A stretch of 64,000 bases of DNA from Trichosphaerium sp. ATCC 40318 (GCA_038496445.1 JALMLS010000516.1:376002-440001); one strand, 5' to 3'; shown: positions 37,449 through 52,723, counted from the first letter of the stretch. A program made the numbers and translations. The notes: generated from the letters alone by a model not told the origin.

Positions 37449-40400
37449 ATGAGTCTTGCTTTGTTTATTACAGGCTTGGTGCTCATGTTAATAACAGTCA
37501 TTGTTTCAGTGTTTCTGTGGGCATCAGTGCTCGGCTATATTACTTCTACGCTGTTACGGTGGCTGTGGGTTAAAAACGGACAATACATCAATATAAGTGC
37601 GTAGTATGTGGTATTCTATTGGTTTATGACGTATTAGGTGCTATCAGGCATGTAAATCGACAAATGACAATCCCTTTTTTTTTGTTTTGTAACGTTACGC
37701 CCTATCTGACACCTCGAAAGCTTGTCGCCTCTAGGTGGTACATTACAGTTCAGAGGACTTACGTATGCCACGCAAGATGCTATGTTGCGTGTAGTGGATG
37801 GCTCGATAACTGTGCGTTGGTGGGTGCGTGAGGCAAGACTCAAATCAACTGTACGTGTGGTTAGCGTGTATGCTCGCTCATTGTTTTTTGTTTTCCCCAG
37901 TCTCGTTTTGCTGTGGCTCTCAATGGCGTAGAGTACTACATGTACAATGCAACGGGGAGGTATGCCGAGGTAAACGCCAAAGTCCGGCAAATGGGACGAG
38001 CTACCAAACCGACTAGAAACGCGGATGGTAACCACGGTTTAAAGCACGACGGCACGTTGGACACAGACACTGAAATAGAGCTGGATGCAACCCAAAGTTT
38101 ACTGGACGAGGGTGATGATGGCACTGGTGCGCCTCTGCCTTCGAACTATGTAAGGCCGTGGTACATGACATTCGCACCTACAATTCATGTTATAGTGAAC
38201 AGCGGAGCGATTGTCATTGGAAATCCAGCTCTTCCAAACGTACTTCAAATCAAGTTCAAGAAAGCAAACGGTCGGTATGGCGTTAAGGATGCTACATACC
38301 CAGTGCTGGATTACTACCAAACAACATACTCTTTTACGTTGGAAAAGGCAGCCATCCGTTGTTATCCCAACTTGGACGCTGCACAGCTTCGATCCGCTTC
38401 TCAATACACGCTAACAACGGCTGTTGATGCCAGTGCTGTATGGCAATCCTTCAAACTGATTTACAAAGATCTCAAATTTCAATTTTTGGATTGGAGTCCG
38501 GACATACTCGATCAAGAACCCAACATTGAGCAACCTCGTGACCATGAGGAATATGCAACTGATCCACACTTCCTAGACTGTCCACGGCTCCAAATAGTGG
38601 CTGCATTCGACAACCCAGGCCCACAACAGCAGTCTCACAAGTACGATCCTACGACAGCTCCACTGTGGCACGTCAACATTGAGAGTGCTGCAGACACAAC
38701 TATAATTTATGGTCCGTGGGCTGATAGACAACGTTCCATGATTACAAAATTCTTCTTCCCGCCGACGTGGTCGTCTAAGGCGCCATATAAGTTCAAATCA
38801 GGTGCACCCAGACCGTTTGCAACCTATCACTTCAAATGGTACGTATGTGTCAAATCAGTTGAAATGAAAATCCAAGATTGAATGATTGAGGTACCCCTGG
38901 TAATATTAAAAATTCTTTTTTTACTGTAGGACATTTCGCGTTGGCACTGATTTATGTTTAACCATGCCTTTTCGGCAGGCTTTAGAAGACGCTTTTACTG
39001 AAGAACACGTTGGGACTTTAACGCTAAAGCTGAAGGAACCAAAGCTTCAGTATTTTCAAGTATGGCTTTTTATCGTGTGTAATCACCACAGTCAGCACTG
39101 CATTGTATTCGCGTATTGCCGGTTATTAATGCCATCTTTAGGAATTGGAGGCAATGGATGCTGCTCCGTTGAACACTAAAATCAGTTTGGAGTCGCAAGA
39201 GGCATCTATATCTTCATCTGCAGGCGACTTCGTCTTTGGGACCGCAAAAAAGTTTAAGGTGCCAGCATCATTTTAACTTAGATTGCAAGCGTACTAACAC
39301 TCAAAAAAGTTTGCGTGGTCGATGGTGTCTCCGTTAGTATGGAATCATGTCCATGAATGGACTTTTAATGTCAAGTATGCTTTACTAATTTTTGTCACGT
39401 GTATTGAACGCCCAGTCTCGCTTTTCTGCACTGCTCATTTTTTTTGCATTGTAGGTTGATGAGCGCTACCTTGACACCCCTCGCAGATCATACAGCCCTG
39501 ATATCCGATTTATTGAGTGATTGGTTTGTTGGCGACGCTACGGAGTTGTCAAAATTTGTGCCAGTCGTATACAAGTTCAACTTTAGTCTCTTGAAGGGTT
39601 GCTCTGTTTATCTAAATGTAAATGATGAGAACATTATTGACGACCACTTGGTATCATCCAAGAAGAATGGTTAGTGTTTTTGGTTGTGGTAATTGAGAAT
39701 TATAACTTTTTGTGTGTAGACTACCTCCTGCTTCAAACCAACAAAATAAGCGTTCAATTGTCCATGGATTCTACAGCCTATCGACCAACTCAAAAATTTG
39801 TACAGTTCTCTTTAAAGGTAAGCGTTGCATGTGTCTTCAACGCGCTAAGCTGGTCGTTCTGTAGCAAGCTGGTTTCAAGGTGAACACGTTGTTTTCGCAG
39901 TCCAGCCTCATACACTCGCATATTCATCAAGATCACCAACTCTATGGTGTTCCGTTCGTAGAGTGCGATGCCAAAGGCATAGTAAGCGGTGTATACAATT
40001 ACTTTTCTCAAGGCACGAGTTTTTGCTTTTTGGTTGAAAATCAGTCTCTAATAATATGCACAGTTGATGTACAAAATGTAAATACAATGGGTAAGTACGC
40101 TCACGTGTACACAAACTTTTAGGTGATTTTTTTTAACCTGTTGCACTACAGATTTAGATGTGACAGCAAGCAAAGTGTCAATTACACTTTTCGGCTTTGT
40201 CCTTCCTGCTCTAATGAATTTGTGGCAAAACTATTTTGGATCACACAAGAGGTTCCTCAGCATGGATGATTGGCGCAATGGCAAACCCCGACCTACCCCT
40301 CCAAGTAGCCCATCTAACAACTTCGAGCTGAATTTAGCACTTGATATTGATGAGCCGTCTGTGGTGTTGCCAGAGCGTCTATATTCGATGGAAACAGTTG

Positions 40401-43400
40401 GCGTGCTCCGAAGCAATGCAGTTAAAGTCAGCATACGAAGCGCACTACACTATTTGAGAACGCACAGCTGTTTTAACATTTGCTTTAATGCTAACCCATA
40501 TTTTAGGATTGTCGGTTGCGAGTGCACCAATACGCGCTACACTACCAGGTTGTGGGACTGTATCTGGATGGTTTGACGTTACCAAATCATTTTTGCTTGT
40601 TAATGGTGAGTAGAAAAATACAGTACCCCCTGTTACTGTGTGAGGGTTTTTTTATTTCACTAATGTGCCACTGTAGATACACGTTTTGAGATGAACTGGT
40701 TGTACGGTCCTTCTGGCGAAAATTATAAAGAGGAGTACCTCATTGCAGTTGGCGCTGGCGAGGGTCACATAGTTCTACCGCAACTTACATTTGTATTAAA
40801 CTGGGCAACGCACTTTTTTCATCATTTCTTTAATGAAGACAGCTTGATTACTTCACCCAACGATGATGAAGAGGATCTATTCTACCGCATCATTGAGGTC
40901 CGATTGAACGCAATTTCGCTCAATATATGGGGGCAAGAGTCCTTGATAAACGTTTGTATTGGCGATGGATTGAAGCTAGTCTACGATGGATTGCACGACC
41001 AGAACCTATACAATGAAAAACTCTCTTTTTGGCTTCCAGGTGCGTTATAAACCCACCCAGTAGTAATTAATCTCAAAGCCTTGGCTAATACCTATTGATT
41101 TGTCAGACGTTGACGCGAAAGTACTACTCCCTTCTAAATTAGTGGCTACACAGGAAGCTCAAGAAAACTTGCGGATACCATCACAAAAGGTAACATACAG
41201 AATGTGTGCAAACACAACCAATAACACATTTTTCTTTTTTTTTAGCGTTTGGGATCGGAATGGATTAAGATAGGTGGCGTTAGTGTAAAGAAGCTACAGT
41301 TGTTTTATTATTTCAAACGACCAGGCTTAAAAGCAAAGGCGAAAAAGCAATGGGATTTTCTTAAACAGGAAGACGCTGACACGAAGCGAATACCTTTCCT
41401 GTGGGATGGCACGTGCACCATTTCGAACAGTACACGTGATAACTTTTCAGTATAGAGTCAATGACACGCGACCAATCTTTGCACTTCACCAGAGCGTCTA
41501 GTTTCACCCACTATGTCCAACCTAATGTCCCACAGTCCGCTCAGACTAATGCCCCCAGTGTTCATGACATTGAGCTTTCATTGACCCGCTTAAACATACC
41601 ATATAATGTGTACGTTGTCTTACTTGGCTCTACGTATGCTTACTATATTTTTAATGTGTAGACATAGCACAGATGAACGAGGTGATATTGGAAGCAACCA
41701 CTTGTCAGCAACCATCAACAAGCAAAATTCGTCTGATGAAAGGTCACTCCTCTTGTAGTACCTGGTGTTGTTAACATATTTTTTTTTTTTAGATCGGAGA
41801 GTGATTCGTCATCTTACGCAACACCCAGATCTACATTTTCGTTTATATCAACTGCGCTCGATTCTGATAACGAGCTTCTCTCAGATGATATGATAAACAG
41901 CAAACCATTCACATTGCCACATCTCCGTACGTTTTGTTTTGGTTTGTTAGTAGAGCAAGGATGGTGTTCTAGATCTACCTTTTTTTTTGACATACTTTTT
42001 AGGCAAAGTATTTACGCCCATTTATATGACTGCTTACTAAAACTCCGTGCGTTACTAAATGATCTAAGTGAAAGGTATCTTACATTTCGACTCAGTAGGT
42101 TACGCCCATTGGACCGTTGCCTCAAATTTCGAGTCTAGATCAGTTCGAATTGCGCAATGATAGAGAAGTCAACATTGGCATACCTAAGAGTTTCAAACGG
42201 TTTGCACACCCTCCTTTTGTTAAGATCCACACTGCGACAGCTACTGGGGCTGCATTCGATGAGTCTCAAGGAGACAAACCAGTTTCACCTTCAGCGCGGA
42301 CGCGCAAACCGCGCACCAAGAGCACTAATCCAACCACTGAAGCAACAACAAATAACAAGCAAGGGACTCTTGTAGTTACAATTGGACAAGTTGTCGGTGT
42401 GGAGCTAACGAATTGGTGTGTGTGGGCATTTCGCTTGCAACTTATATCCTTCTACGAGCGTCACAATTCCGTTGAATCGTTACTGGATGCGCTACAGCTG
42501 CGAACAATTGCAAACAAACTAGAGTCTTACAAATGGCCTTATTCCACGCTTAAAATGGATGTAATAGTGCCTGGTACTGAAGTGCTAAATGGATGGTCTT
42601 GTTTATTCAATTTAGGCGTTAACATCACCCTTAAGCACCCTTCGAAAACTCCTATTCACGTGCTAGTTGCCACACTCTCCATAGGCCACACGCGAATAAA
42701 ATTAATAGATACAGGTAGGCATCATCTTTTATCGCAGCACAAAAAATGCAGTGAATTGCGCATACGTGTGATAACACGTGTTAGATAAACATTTTCCACC
42801 ACCTACATTCAAAGATGCGAAGGATAAGCAAACGCTATTTAACGGCGGTGTTGGAGGAGCCACAACGCAGCGCGACTCTATCGATGTCCATCTAGAAGTG
42901 TCAGGCGCCAAGTTTTCGATTCATAGAGCATCGTTAGAATCTACAACTAGCTGCGCTTTGGTTACCCTCGCAGCCAACACGTCCTTTTTGAAGATATCAG
43001 GTCGATCACTTGCTAGAGCATCTACAGCCATAGCAAAATCTTCAAAGCCAGCACAATTAGCTGTCAATGGTTTCGTAGGAAAAGTTACAAGCATGATTGG
43101 GCAGGATCTAGACTTGGGCATAGTCGAAATGGCCTTTAACTTAGTAGCGAACACCAAATTACTATTTGCTGTGCGTCTTTACCTATTAAATTAACAAACA
43201 AGGCGATGCACCACGTTAACGCTAGTGTGACAGGACATAGACGAGTTTTCATACCTAAGCACATGTGAGGCTCAGATTGTTGTCGCTTCCTTGCTCCAGG
43301 CTGTAGCCAACTACCCGGCGGATAAAGTATTTCTTAGTGACGTGCAAACTTCATACATTCAGGATGTGGAACTACACACTGATATTATTGGAGAACGCGG

Positions 43401-46400
43401 TACGCACACCACGAGATCTTTTTCTCTGTTTTTATTTTTGGTACTGACAATCGAGATCAGCATTGTTGCTCAGATGTTCTTGGCATCCGATCAGCCGTTT
43501 GAGGCATTATTTAAAAGCTGTACCTTCGATAAGGGAGCATCTGGAGAGTAAAGTTCTGCTAGAACCGGATACTTACAAGCTATCACCTGCTGAACGCTGG
43601 AAAAACTTGCGAAGAGCTGTGCGTCACGCACCTAGACGTGACCTTGTAAGGGATATGTTAGATAGGTACGATGGTGCTAGCATTGTTCTGTTTAATTGAC
43701 TTTTATATTCTAGCCTGCCGATCAAGGCTGTATTTGTGCACAACGAAGAAAAATCTCGATCAAACTCACATTTCAATATCCGATTGCATGTTGAGCCGCT
43801 AACGTTCCGCATAGCTTGCAAAATATCTGAGCAACCCAACGTACCTTCCAAACTATGACATTGTCGCTAGTCTTGCTTATACATTATGAATAGATTAGCG
43901 TTGGACAACTAGACTTGCGGTGCTTGGTAACAACGCACCTGAAACACACTTTCGCTGGCGTAAACTTTAGGTCGCTGAAGAAGCGTACTTTAGACAATAC
44001 GTATTCACTCATATGCATAACTGCGGAGGGCAAGTGGGGAGGCGTGTGGTGTGTAGCCACTACCCAAGCGGTGTCTCTGTTGAACGGAGCGCTTCAGAGA
44101 TTTAATGATTTGTCTGACGACGAAATTGTTCATGTCCACTTGAGACCACCTTCTCAGCCATTGCAAGAAACACCTCCGCTGTCACCTGCACTTGCAAGAA
44201 AACCAATGATAAAGTCCATCACAAAATTCGACGTGCGGAAAATATTTACCCTTTTTTGTTGTTGTCAGTCAACACTTTTTGTAATAACATCACCATTATA
44301 GTTAAAGGATTGGGCAGGAAAATCAAAAATTATAGCGCTCTCGCGCCAGTCAAAACGTCCAGAACCAACTGACATACAGCTGCGCCTGCGGTTTTTAGCA
44401 GGTTCGGACCGATTTACATTTTCTTTTTTTTAATTCAATAGGTTCTGTTTTCGCTGTTAACAAAAATTACTGCTAGGCAAGGTAGGCGTTGTAGTTGACG
44501 GAGGCACTCTAAAAAGTAATGATGGCGTACGTTATTGTAGAGTCGATACCAATTATCTTATGTGTCTTATTTAAGCGGTGCAATGCTACTTTTAAAATAC
44601 CAAGCATGGCCATCACGTTAACAGATGTTGCATCAAAGGACAAAAAAAATTCTCGTGCATACTCTGGAGTTATCTCTCTACCCTTTTTTGCTCTAGAGTT
44701 GGCGTTGTATGACTCAGTAGGCACAGCCACAATACCTGTAGGCCTGCGTGTAAAAAATTCAGGGTTAAGTGTCGTTTGCGAGACTAACGAGGCATCTCTG
44801 TCGTCGCTTCCACTTACTTTGTCAGCATTTCTTCATGTGGTCAGTAGTAACGTGATTCTCGATATTCCAAACAATGCCACCAAGATTTCTCAGTTTTTAG
44901 AAGTACGCTCTGTTTTAATACAGCCATACAGCTAAAGCTAAACTGCTAACAACTTATTTCACAGCTTTGGGCTGAATTATTGCGTGACATGCCATCCAGT
45001 CGTACGGTTTTCTATGTGTGGCTCCCCACTAACATTCTAAAGGCAAAAAAGTGGCTAAGCCCGTCGTGCACCCTCCTAAAGACAAAGCTGGTCATCCCAA
45101 TCACAGCAAGGCATTCGTATCACCTTCAAAATACATTACATCCGCCAGTGTTACAATCATATTTGACAATCTTCGTGCAGATGTACCACACAAGGACAGG
45201 AGACTGTCATATGCTCAGCCTCAAGTAACTCTGTTCGCAAATTCGAAATGTACAGAGGATAATGCGATAGTCACGAGTGTATCGGTTGGCGTTCGAGATC
45301 ACAGCATTAATGTTATGAGGACCGATGCTGCACGCCAAGTAGTGAGTCGCTTTGGATTACCGTACATCTTTGCCTTCTCCAAAATAAGTGTAACAGACCT
45401 GGGGTCAGATACGTTTTCTGCTGCTAATGTAGCCCTTGACGCAACTCTCGAAGTTGGTTACACGCATAATGTGATGCGAACTGATGTGGTTCGAAGCATT
45501 GTACACTTTGCGGTAAGAATAACAGTAACGTTTTAACGGTTTTACTGACTACATACTATCAGTCACAAGTTATGGATCCTATAACCCTCTTGGTCAGCAC
45601 TGTAGACAATGTCTTTGTGCAGGCCCAAACATCATCGTCGGCTGATGCTAATCATGTTGCGGAAAAGCCAGTGAGTGCCATGGAACCAATTCGGTATCAT
45701 GTTCAAGCGCGCTGGGGCGGATGCGAAATCCGTGCCGACAACCCACACGCCTCCTTGATATTTTATTCTGGCTACGGCCAGCTCACTTGCGACTCTGATA
45801 GCAATGGTGACATGAAGTTCAAAACCAATGTACAAGGCATAACTTTGTTGCTGGTGCCATTGGATAGCCCCATCAGGTACGAGCGAGAAGCTGATTTTTG
45901 ATGATGTGGTTTTGTTTTTTATTGTTGTACATAATTTATGTTACTTAGAATTCTGGGTGGGGACGCCAAAATCAAGCTTGGAAGTTCTTTTGTGAGAATG
46001 TTACAAACCCAAAAGAGGAAAACAGGCCGTGTGTGGGTCGGCATCGCTACATCAGCGCTGTTGCAAACATATCCTGATCAGTACTTTGACATTCCATTTG
46101 ATGAAGAAGCCAAAGCAGTAAGTGGTTCACTTGTTGGTACAAATTTATTCACTCACTTCCTTAGATTGGCGGTTTTGATTCCCTATGGATTGGAGTGCCT
46201 AAGACGACGGTATTGCTCGAACCTTGGGCTGTGGATAAATTTGTACAAATGTGGGTTTACTACATAAAACTATTTAACAATTTCAAGACAAAACAGAAGA
46301 TAAAACGGTACCTACAGATACAACAACTCTCCTGTTTTTTGGGTCTCATACATAGTAGGGTAGAATTACCAAAGAAGGATTACTTGAAATCAGTGAGAAG

Positions 46401-49400
46401 GGGCGAGAAGAGCGTCTTTGTAAAAATCTACAATACATCTTTGAGTGTCCCAAGCAATGCAAACCACCCTCTATTCATGAAGGCAAAGCAAAGCGGTGTT
46501 GATGTTGATGGATCGCTTCTTATAACCCTACGCGAATTTACGTTATCGGGCACACTACTACCGACAAAGTACAAACACAAAGCGAACAAAAAAGAGTACG
46601 CACACCTTTACAGCTGTACACTCACCTATTTTTCTGTCCAGCGAGTCATTTGGGAAAATGATACGGTTGATAGCAAAGGCATCTTTTGAAGAAGCTAGCT
46701 TGTGTTTTAAGCCTTTGCCCACTGGTGCAAGTTTGTACGATCCAGAATGCTTTCGCCCTCAACGTATAGATTCTGTTTCAATTCACAGCGGTGCGTTCTC
46801 TGATCCTTACCTGGCCAATGAATGCCCTTTTCTCATTTTTTGTGTTTCTCTAGGAGAGTGTGCTTTAGCATGGAAGTCGTTTGGTACCTCGTCGTCTAGT
46901 GCAGTTATAGAAATTCAGACAGCTGGCGCACTTTTTCACTTGTCACCTCGCCTCCCTACCCACATTTCACTCCTACATCGTGGTTTTGTCCTAAGTCAAG
47001 GCAAGTTGCTGTCTCCAGCATTCGTAACAATTACATTTGTAACAATTGTGTTTAGAGGTGTGGATTGGCCTGCTTGAAGATATTGCAAAGGAAGAAGAAA
47101 AGAAGAAAAAACTCAAAGTACAAAAATTCCCTGGATTAGCAAAGCAGACAAGTGCGATCTCTACGGCTCTAGGTTTTGCGAATGAAACGAGTAAAGGGGA
47201 TGCAAAGTCCCCGTTCCACGTTCAAGTTACAGTGCGTACCCTGGCTGGCCATTGTACGTTGCATAAAGTGCCGACAAAGATGCACAAAAAGAAAGTATCC
47301 GACAACGAGCACATGGAAGATGTACGTCATTCCAGCAATTAAATACTGGCACCAAGTAATATTCGTTTAGGATTCCGAGCTTGAAACTTTTGCTTTCCCA
47401 GCCTGTGATGTCCGATTCGAATCGACGTTGGATCCATTGAAAGGCGCACAAAGAGCCTTATTTATAACTTTGCTGCGCTCCACTATGAAAATAGGCAAGC
47501 CTACGCTTTTTTTTCTTTTTTTTTGTTTCCTAAATTTCTCTCTCATAACATGATTTCACTACAGGTCCCGATGTTGCAAGATATCTTGGTGACGCAACAG
47601 CTGATTACCTTGTATTTATTAACGCATTTCCCATGTACATACCTGACGCCAAGAAATCAAAAAAAGAAAACGTTGCAGCTGCCGTAAAACCAGAGAAACA
47701 ACCTGACAATACCGCTGGCAACGACTTGACAGGCACGTCTTTAAAATAAAAAAAGAAGAGGGTTCTGGCTAACTGTAGATACCATCAGACTACACCACCA
47801 TTGTATTTAAAATTGAAGAGATGAAATTAGAAATACACTGCGCTCCTTACACGGAAACATTGATTATTGGGCTCATAGAAGATGCACATGTTTTCATGTC
47901 CTCAGATCTTGTTGTCACATCCTCACGACGTGCCTTGTTAAATAATTTCACTTTCAAGATTCCCAACCTGAGCCTGGAAGCACACCAGCCTCTCCTACTT
48001 ACGAAGCGCAATTTGGACACGAATAGAAACGGCTCGTTTTTCAAACTTGAGACTCAACTGCAAGGCAACATTGGCCGGTGTTTGGGTTTATCACGAAAGG
48101 AGGACCTTGCTATTACTTGCGCACTAAACATAAATCACGTGGAGGCATTCTTACTAATGCAGTGTATGGACGAGGTGTTTTTAATCATGGATGTGTGGCG
48201 CTCCGCCTATCAACACGCCGACTACTTCTCTCAAATCCAGAGTTCTTTGCTTCCAGACGACAACGACAGCTCCCCTAGACGAGAACAAACGCACAACACC
48301 ACCACCAAGCGAAAAGCAGACGTTTCAATTTTGATAAACGCGTTTATAAAGCAAATAGAGTGTTCCATTGACATGGGCACTTCCATTGCTACAGCGTACG
48401 TATCAATCCAAAATGTGCTCACCCGGTACACGAACCCAGTGAGTCGTCGCAGTCTGCCAGTGCATCATCAAGGGCTAATCACTCGACCATTCTATCTCCT
48501 CTTTTCAGTTGGAAAAACGCAGGTTGCTTCTGCTGGCGTTTTGATTGTTGCGGGCAAGTGTCAGCACGCTGTCATTGAAGGGAAGCGGTTTTGGTCAGAT
48601 ACTAGCGAGCAAGTACGTCCCATGTACTTGTCTACAATCGTCTATTACAACCCCCCCTAATGAAGATAACGCTAACAAACACATCATTGCAGATGGTAAA
48701 CAGATGGGCGGCAGACCTCGCTCCGTTCACGTTGGATTTAAGTAGGGGCTCATCTGAAATTTTGCGCGCAAAGGCCGGAGCGCTAACTTGCAAGTTTGCA
48801 GACAATCAAACCCTGAGTGCGTTGGACTGTTGTCCACCTAAACAAGTATTTTTAACGCACAATTTAGAATTGGTGTACGTTTCAGCGAGTTCGTCTGGAT
48901 TGGCCGTGCAGCTATCTTCTGAGGCGATATCATTTCCTATTACAATAGCACAAAGATTTCTAGCAATGGTTAAAAACAGCCAGGCAAAGGCTAAAGAGGT
49001 TCTACAAGAATCTCAGATCTATGTTAAAACGCGCGAAATGCAGCAAAAGGAGAATACAAAGTTGCACATGCGCCTTAAAAATTTACCACAGCCTACAGCA
49101 CCTAAAAAACCCAAGAAACAGATAACTCCTGCGGGTGATATTAGCTTGAGTGGCCGAGATATTTCAGTACGTGGCTATACTTGCTGCATTTCCATTGATT
49201 TGTTGGTATTTTTAGGTAAGCTTATTTGGGCACAGTTTGAAAGATCCATCGTGGGTTCACTTCCATACACTGCAGTATGAGGTTGTGTTGAAGCAGCGAC
49301 TTCAACTAGAAAACCTTACACAGCAAGCTATCACACGAGAACTCACCATCATCATTGTAAATAGTGCCATTTCAAAGATGGTATGACATCAAAGTCAAGT

Positions 49401-50154
49401 AATTGCATGACCACCGTACTTACCCAAATCCAGCAAGAACGAACTCTTACAACAGAGAATGGCGACCCATGGGATCGAGCAACAAACTCAACTGCTCAGT
49501 CTATATGCACAATACCTCCTGCACACCTTGTGTTATGCACTGTGCAGCCAGGTATGGGTTTTTTAGTTAGTAGTGTTTTCCACTAAGTGTTTGCTAGTTG
49601 CAAGCAAGAACGCTACAATACAGCTTTTTTTTGTTACAAAGTTTCAAGGCCCCATACGTGTAACTTTAAAGGTTGGTTTGTATACATACTTGCGAGAGAT
49701 TGCTGCCATTTATATGACACACTATACAAATCACAAGGCAGTACATTCATCACCAAATCAAAAAGAAAGTGCCAACAAATATGCCAACCTCAAACTCAAA
49801 GTTGATGGTGTTGTATCATCTGCACAAGACAAAATTAGTGCTGATATACCAGACATTTCTACAACACCAACAGAGGATAGAGTCATTGCAACCAAATCAG
49901 GAGATAAAGAGTTTATTCTGAAAAAAGTAAGTGACTCAAACAGTAATAGTAAGCTATGTTTTTTACATTTTGTATAGTTTGAGTTTCATCCCGCCTTGGA
50001 TGTCTTGGGGGACTTTACTCCTAAATTGTCAACAGTTTTGTATTGGGTGGGTATTAAAGACTCAGAAAAAACAATACCAGTAGCCACAAATGCATTGGTA
50101 GATGCCTTTGAACTATTGTTGGCAGCACTTGTACAAATATGTTTTGAAGAATAA
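37449..50154 (+). CDS. BLTP1: Bridge-like lipid transfer protein BLTP1 (KIAA1109/Csf1/Tweek-like), very large multi-exon gene
   Basis: N-terminal TM anchor; LNGVEYYMYNAT, GAIVIGNP, YGPWADRQRSMITKFFFPP, YLNVNDENIID, NYFG, DADTKRIPFLW, SWHPISRLRH; C-terminal FHPALDVLGDFTP-VLYWVGI. Confidence 0.9.
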
Positions 50155-50845
50155 TAAATATGTAAATTAATAATAATCACATATGAGTATAATACAAGCT
50201 CCTCATGGAACCTGAAGAATTAGTCTGGGAGATATTTTGACCCCACCCAAGGTATTTTGACCCCAAAATAGCTTAAATTAAAATGCCTTGTAAAGGGGTT
50301 GTACAGCATAAAACCCTTGCTGAGGGTGCTACAAAAGTGTTAAACAGTACAGAATATAAAAAAAAATACCTTCAATTCGCCAGCTTTGCACTGATGTGGG
50401 TGTTAAATACAATTTAAACCCAAAATCACTATGTAAAATGGAGATTATGAAAACAAAATTCCAAAAATAGCAAAAGACACAGAAACCAAAAATTGACAAA
50501 TTCTCAAAAAGTTTAGTTTTTGTTTGAGCTACAGTGGCCATCACCAAATTTTTTCACATGCTGCAGTTATAACCATGGCTTCATATTTGTTTTTAAAGAA
50601 CAAAACAAGTTTGGAGTCTTGGTGATGGATTCTATAACAACATCAGGATGTTCTTAAAAAAACAGTTAACAAATCAATAAAAGCTGTTTAAAACACTCAA
50701 AATAAAAAAAATTGCAAACTCAAAACTCAACCATCTCACCTCAAAGCTGATCACCTCCAATCGTTAACAATAAAACATTGTATTTGCACGTGTGGTTATT
50801 GTCGTCCACAGCACAATAAACCCACCTAAAAAAAAAAAAAAAAAA

Positions 50846-50936
50846 GGGTTTTGTACAGGTCAAAAGTACAGAACCTGTACAGGTTAAGTATGGGTCAAAA
50901 GTACAGGTTTTGTACAGGTTTAGTACGGGTCAAAAT
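50846..50936. repeat. Tandem GTACAGG/GGGTCAAAA motif array directly after an A18 tract
   Basis: ggttttgtacaggtcaaaagtacagaacctgtacaggttaagtatgggtcaaaagtacaggttttgtacaggtttagtacgggtcaaaa; A-run at 50828-50845. Confidence 0.8.
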
Positions 50937-52000
50937 TCTGATTCCAGTACTGTATTTCTTTGTCAGTAATAGGATTTGAAACATGTTTTGTGATCCTTGC
51001 AATAAACCTTCCAAAAAGTCTGAAAAAGCATTTTCATCCCCTGACCAAAGTGCATACAAGTTTTTTTTGTAATATAACAATCCTTTGTTAAGCATACCTG
51101 GAAGGTGAGAATTGGGTGGGTGGTTCACTGAGTGTCTAAGTTTTTTGATGCACTGTGAAGCCAGTTTGTCTTTAAAAACTTTAGTTAAGTAGGGTGAAGG
51201 AGTTTTCTCATTAGTGACATGAGAAACTTGTGAACACATGTTGTGTTTTGATGTTTTTTAAAAGAGCTGACAGAAGTGACATCCATTCTATCCAACAACT
51301 CCCTCAAGACTGCAAAAACATGTGATTTTTTCCAAACAACTGGATTTAAGTGCCACGGCTTGTGTTGCTTACTAGAAAGAGAGAAAGTAACAAGTAAAGT
51401 GTGGTGATCAGCACCTGGAATATTAATTGAGTGAATGCACTTAACTTTCGATAACCATTTTTGTTTCACAAAAATATAGTCAATGTGACTGGATGTGCCA
51501 GAAAAGGAGGTGAAGGTATGGCTGGGTTTGCCATACCACAATGATATGTCAACAAAACCAAGGCTACTCATGATACTGGCCATAGTGTCATAATTGCAAG
51601 ACTTTTTTGAAGAACTGGGCGTCATGCACATTGAAATCGCCCATCACAAATTCAGAATTGTGCATGAACTGTTTTAGTTTCATTTCAAACGGCAAAGGGT
51701 GGCCATGAAAACAGAGATGTGGTGACAACTGAGAAGGACCCAACTTTGGTGTGTATCTTAAGGAGACACCAGAGAAGAGTTGATAGGCGAAGTGTTGAAC
51801 AACATTGTGCCATTGCCTTTTGAGGCGTGATCACATGTGAACCAACCTTTTGTGTATAAATCTGTATTAAGCTGCTGGTGATTAGTCTCAGTTAGTGGCA
51901 ATAAATTAATTTTGAGGACAATACAAGCCAAACAGGTTTTATTAATGTTATGAAAGCCCTAGTGTTAGATGTACTGTGAAATCAGGCATTGCCTCCTTTG
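50895..52000 (-). mobile_element. Decayed non-LTR retrotransposon fragment: APE/EEP endonuclease with frameshifts; no RT seen
   Basis: SNTRG-like start, LTET, MGDFNV, SHIDYIFV, ADHHTL, then PWHLNP; motifs lie in shifting frames; no introns. Confidence 0.75.
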
Positions 52001-52723
52001 TGTTTTTTCTTGTTGGTAGATTCTAGTCACCTGTTACTTTTGTGCTTAGTGTACTTGGTAAGCTTGGAAGGGGTAAAGGTGGTGTCGTCCAATCCACAGC
52101 ATAGTCCTTTTATATAAAGACCAAGATAGTGTGAACATTGACCACCATATCAGTGATCTTTTTATGTTTGGTCTTGCCATCTTGTTGGGCTGTAGCGTTA
52201 AAACAGATCATAACAATTAAGGAAAGCTTGACTTTGGTGACTAGAAGGCTTTCTTCTATCGCTTTGGCGACTTCAACATAGCTTGTGGTACTGGCGCCAT
52301 TTTCAAGCACTTTTGGATGAGCTTTGAGGAAAACTTCCACATTGGACAGTGTCTTATCAGAGTGGAGTGTATGTTCATTTTGTTGATTGATTGGTTGAAT
52401 ACAGTAAAATTGTCCTTACTAGGGCTATATGTAGTCTTAGAGCCAGTAGTGGGGAAGTTAGGGTTGTATTGGGTGGAACTGTCATCTGTAAACTTCGATT
52501 TAGGTGGCGTGGCAGGAGTATAGTGCATATCAGCTCAGGTGGTCTGGGTAATGTCTAGATTACGAACACCACATTGAGCTGGTGAGTTACCAGAAGGTAT
52601 GGTGTGGGCTAAGTAGTTTCAATGACAATGCTAAGAGAAAAAAGAACATGAAGTGGCTGTGTTTAGTGAGAGTGAGTTGTTGCATAGTGTGAGTTTAGTT
52701 AATGTGGTCTAAAAGAAAGTTGT

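Noticed and set aside
42444-42452. ATATCCTT matches here and at ~31764 as AT-AC U12 donors
   Set aside because: They lie in uninterrupted coding frames with no matching branch site and AC acceptor
43463-43551. Overlapping ORFs in BLTP1 suggesting a programmed frameshift
   Set aside because: Explained by an ordinary GT-AG intron ending at ~43460 that enters the second frame
50846-50936. CRISPR-like or telomeric array
   Set aside because: No unique spacers, the units are degenerate, the context is eukaryotic and internal; better read as a transposon-associated repeat
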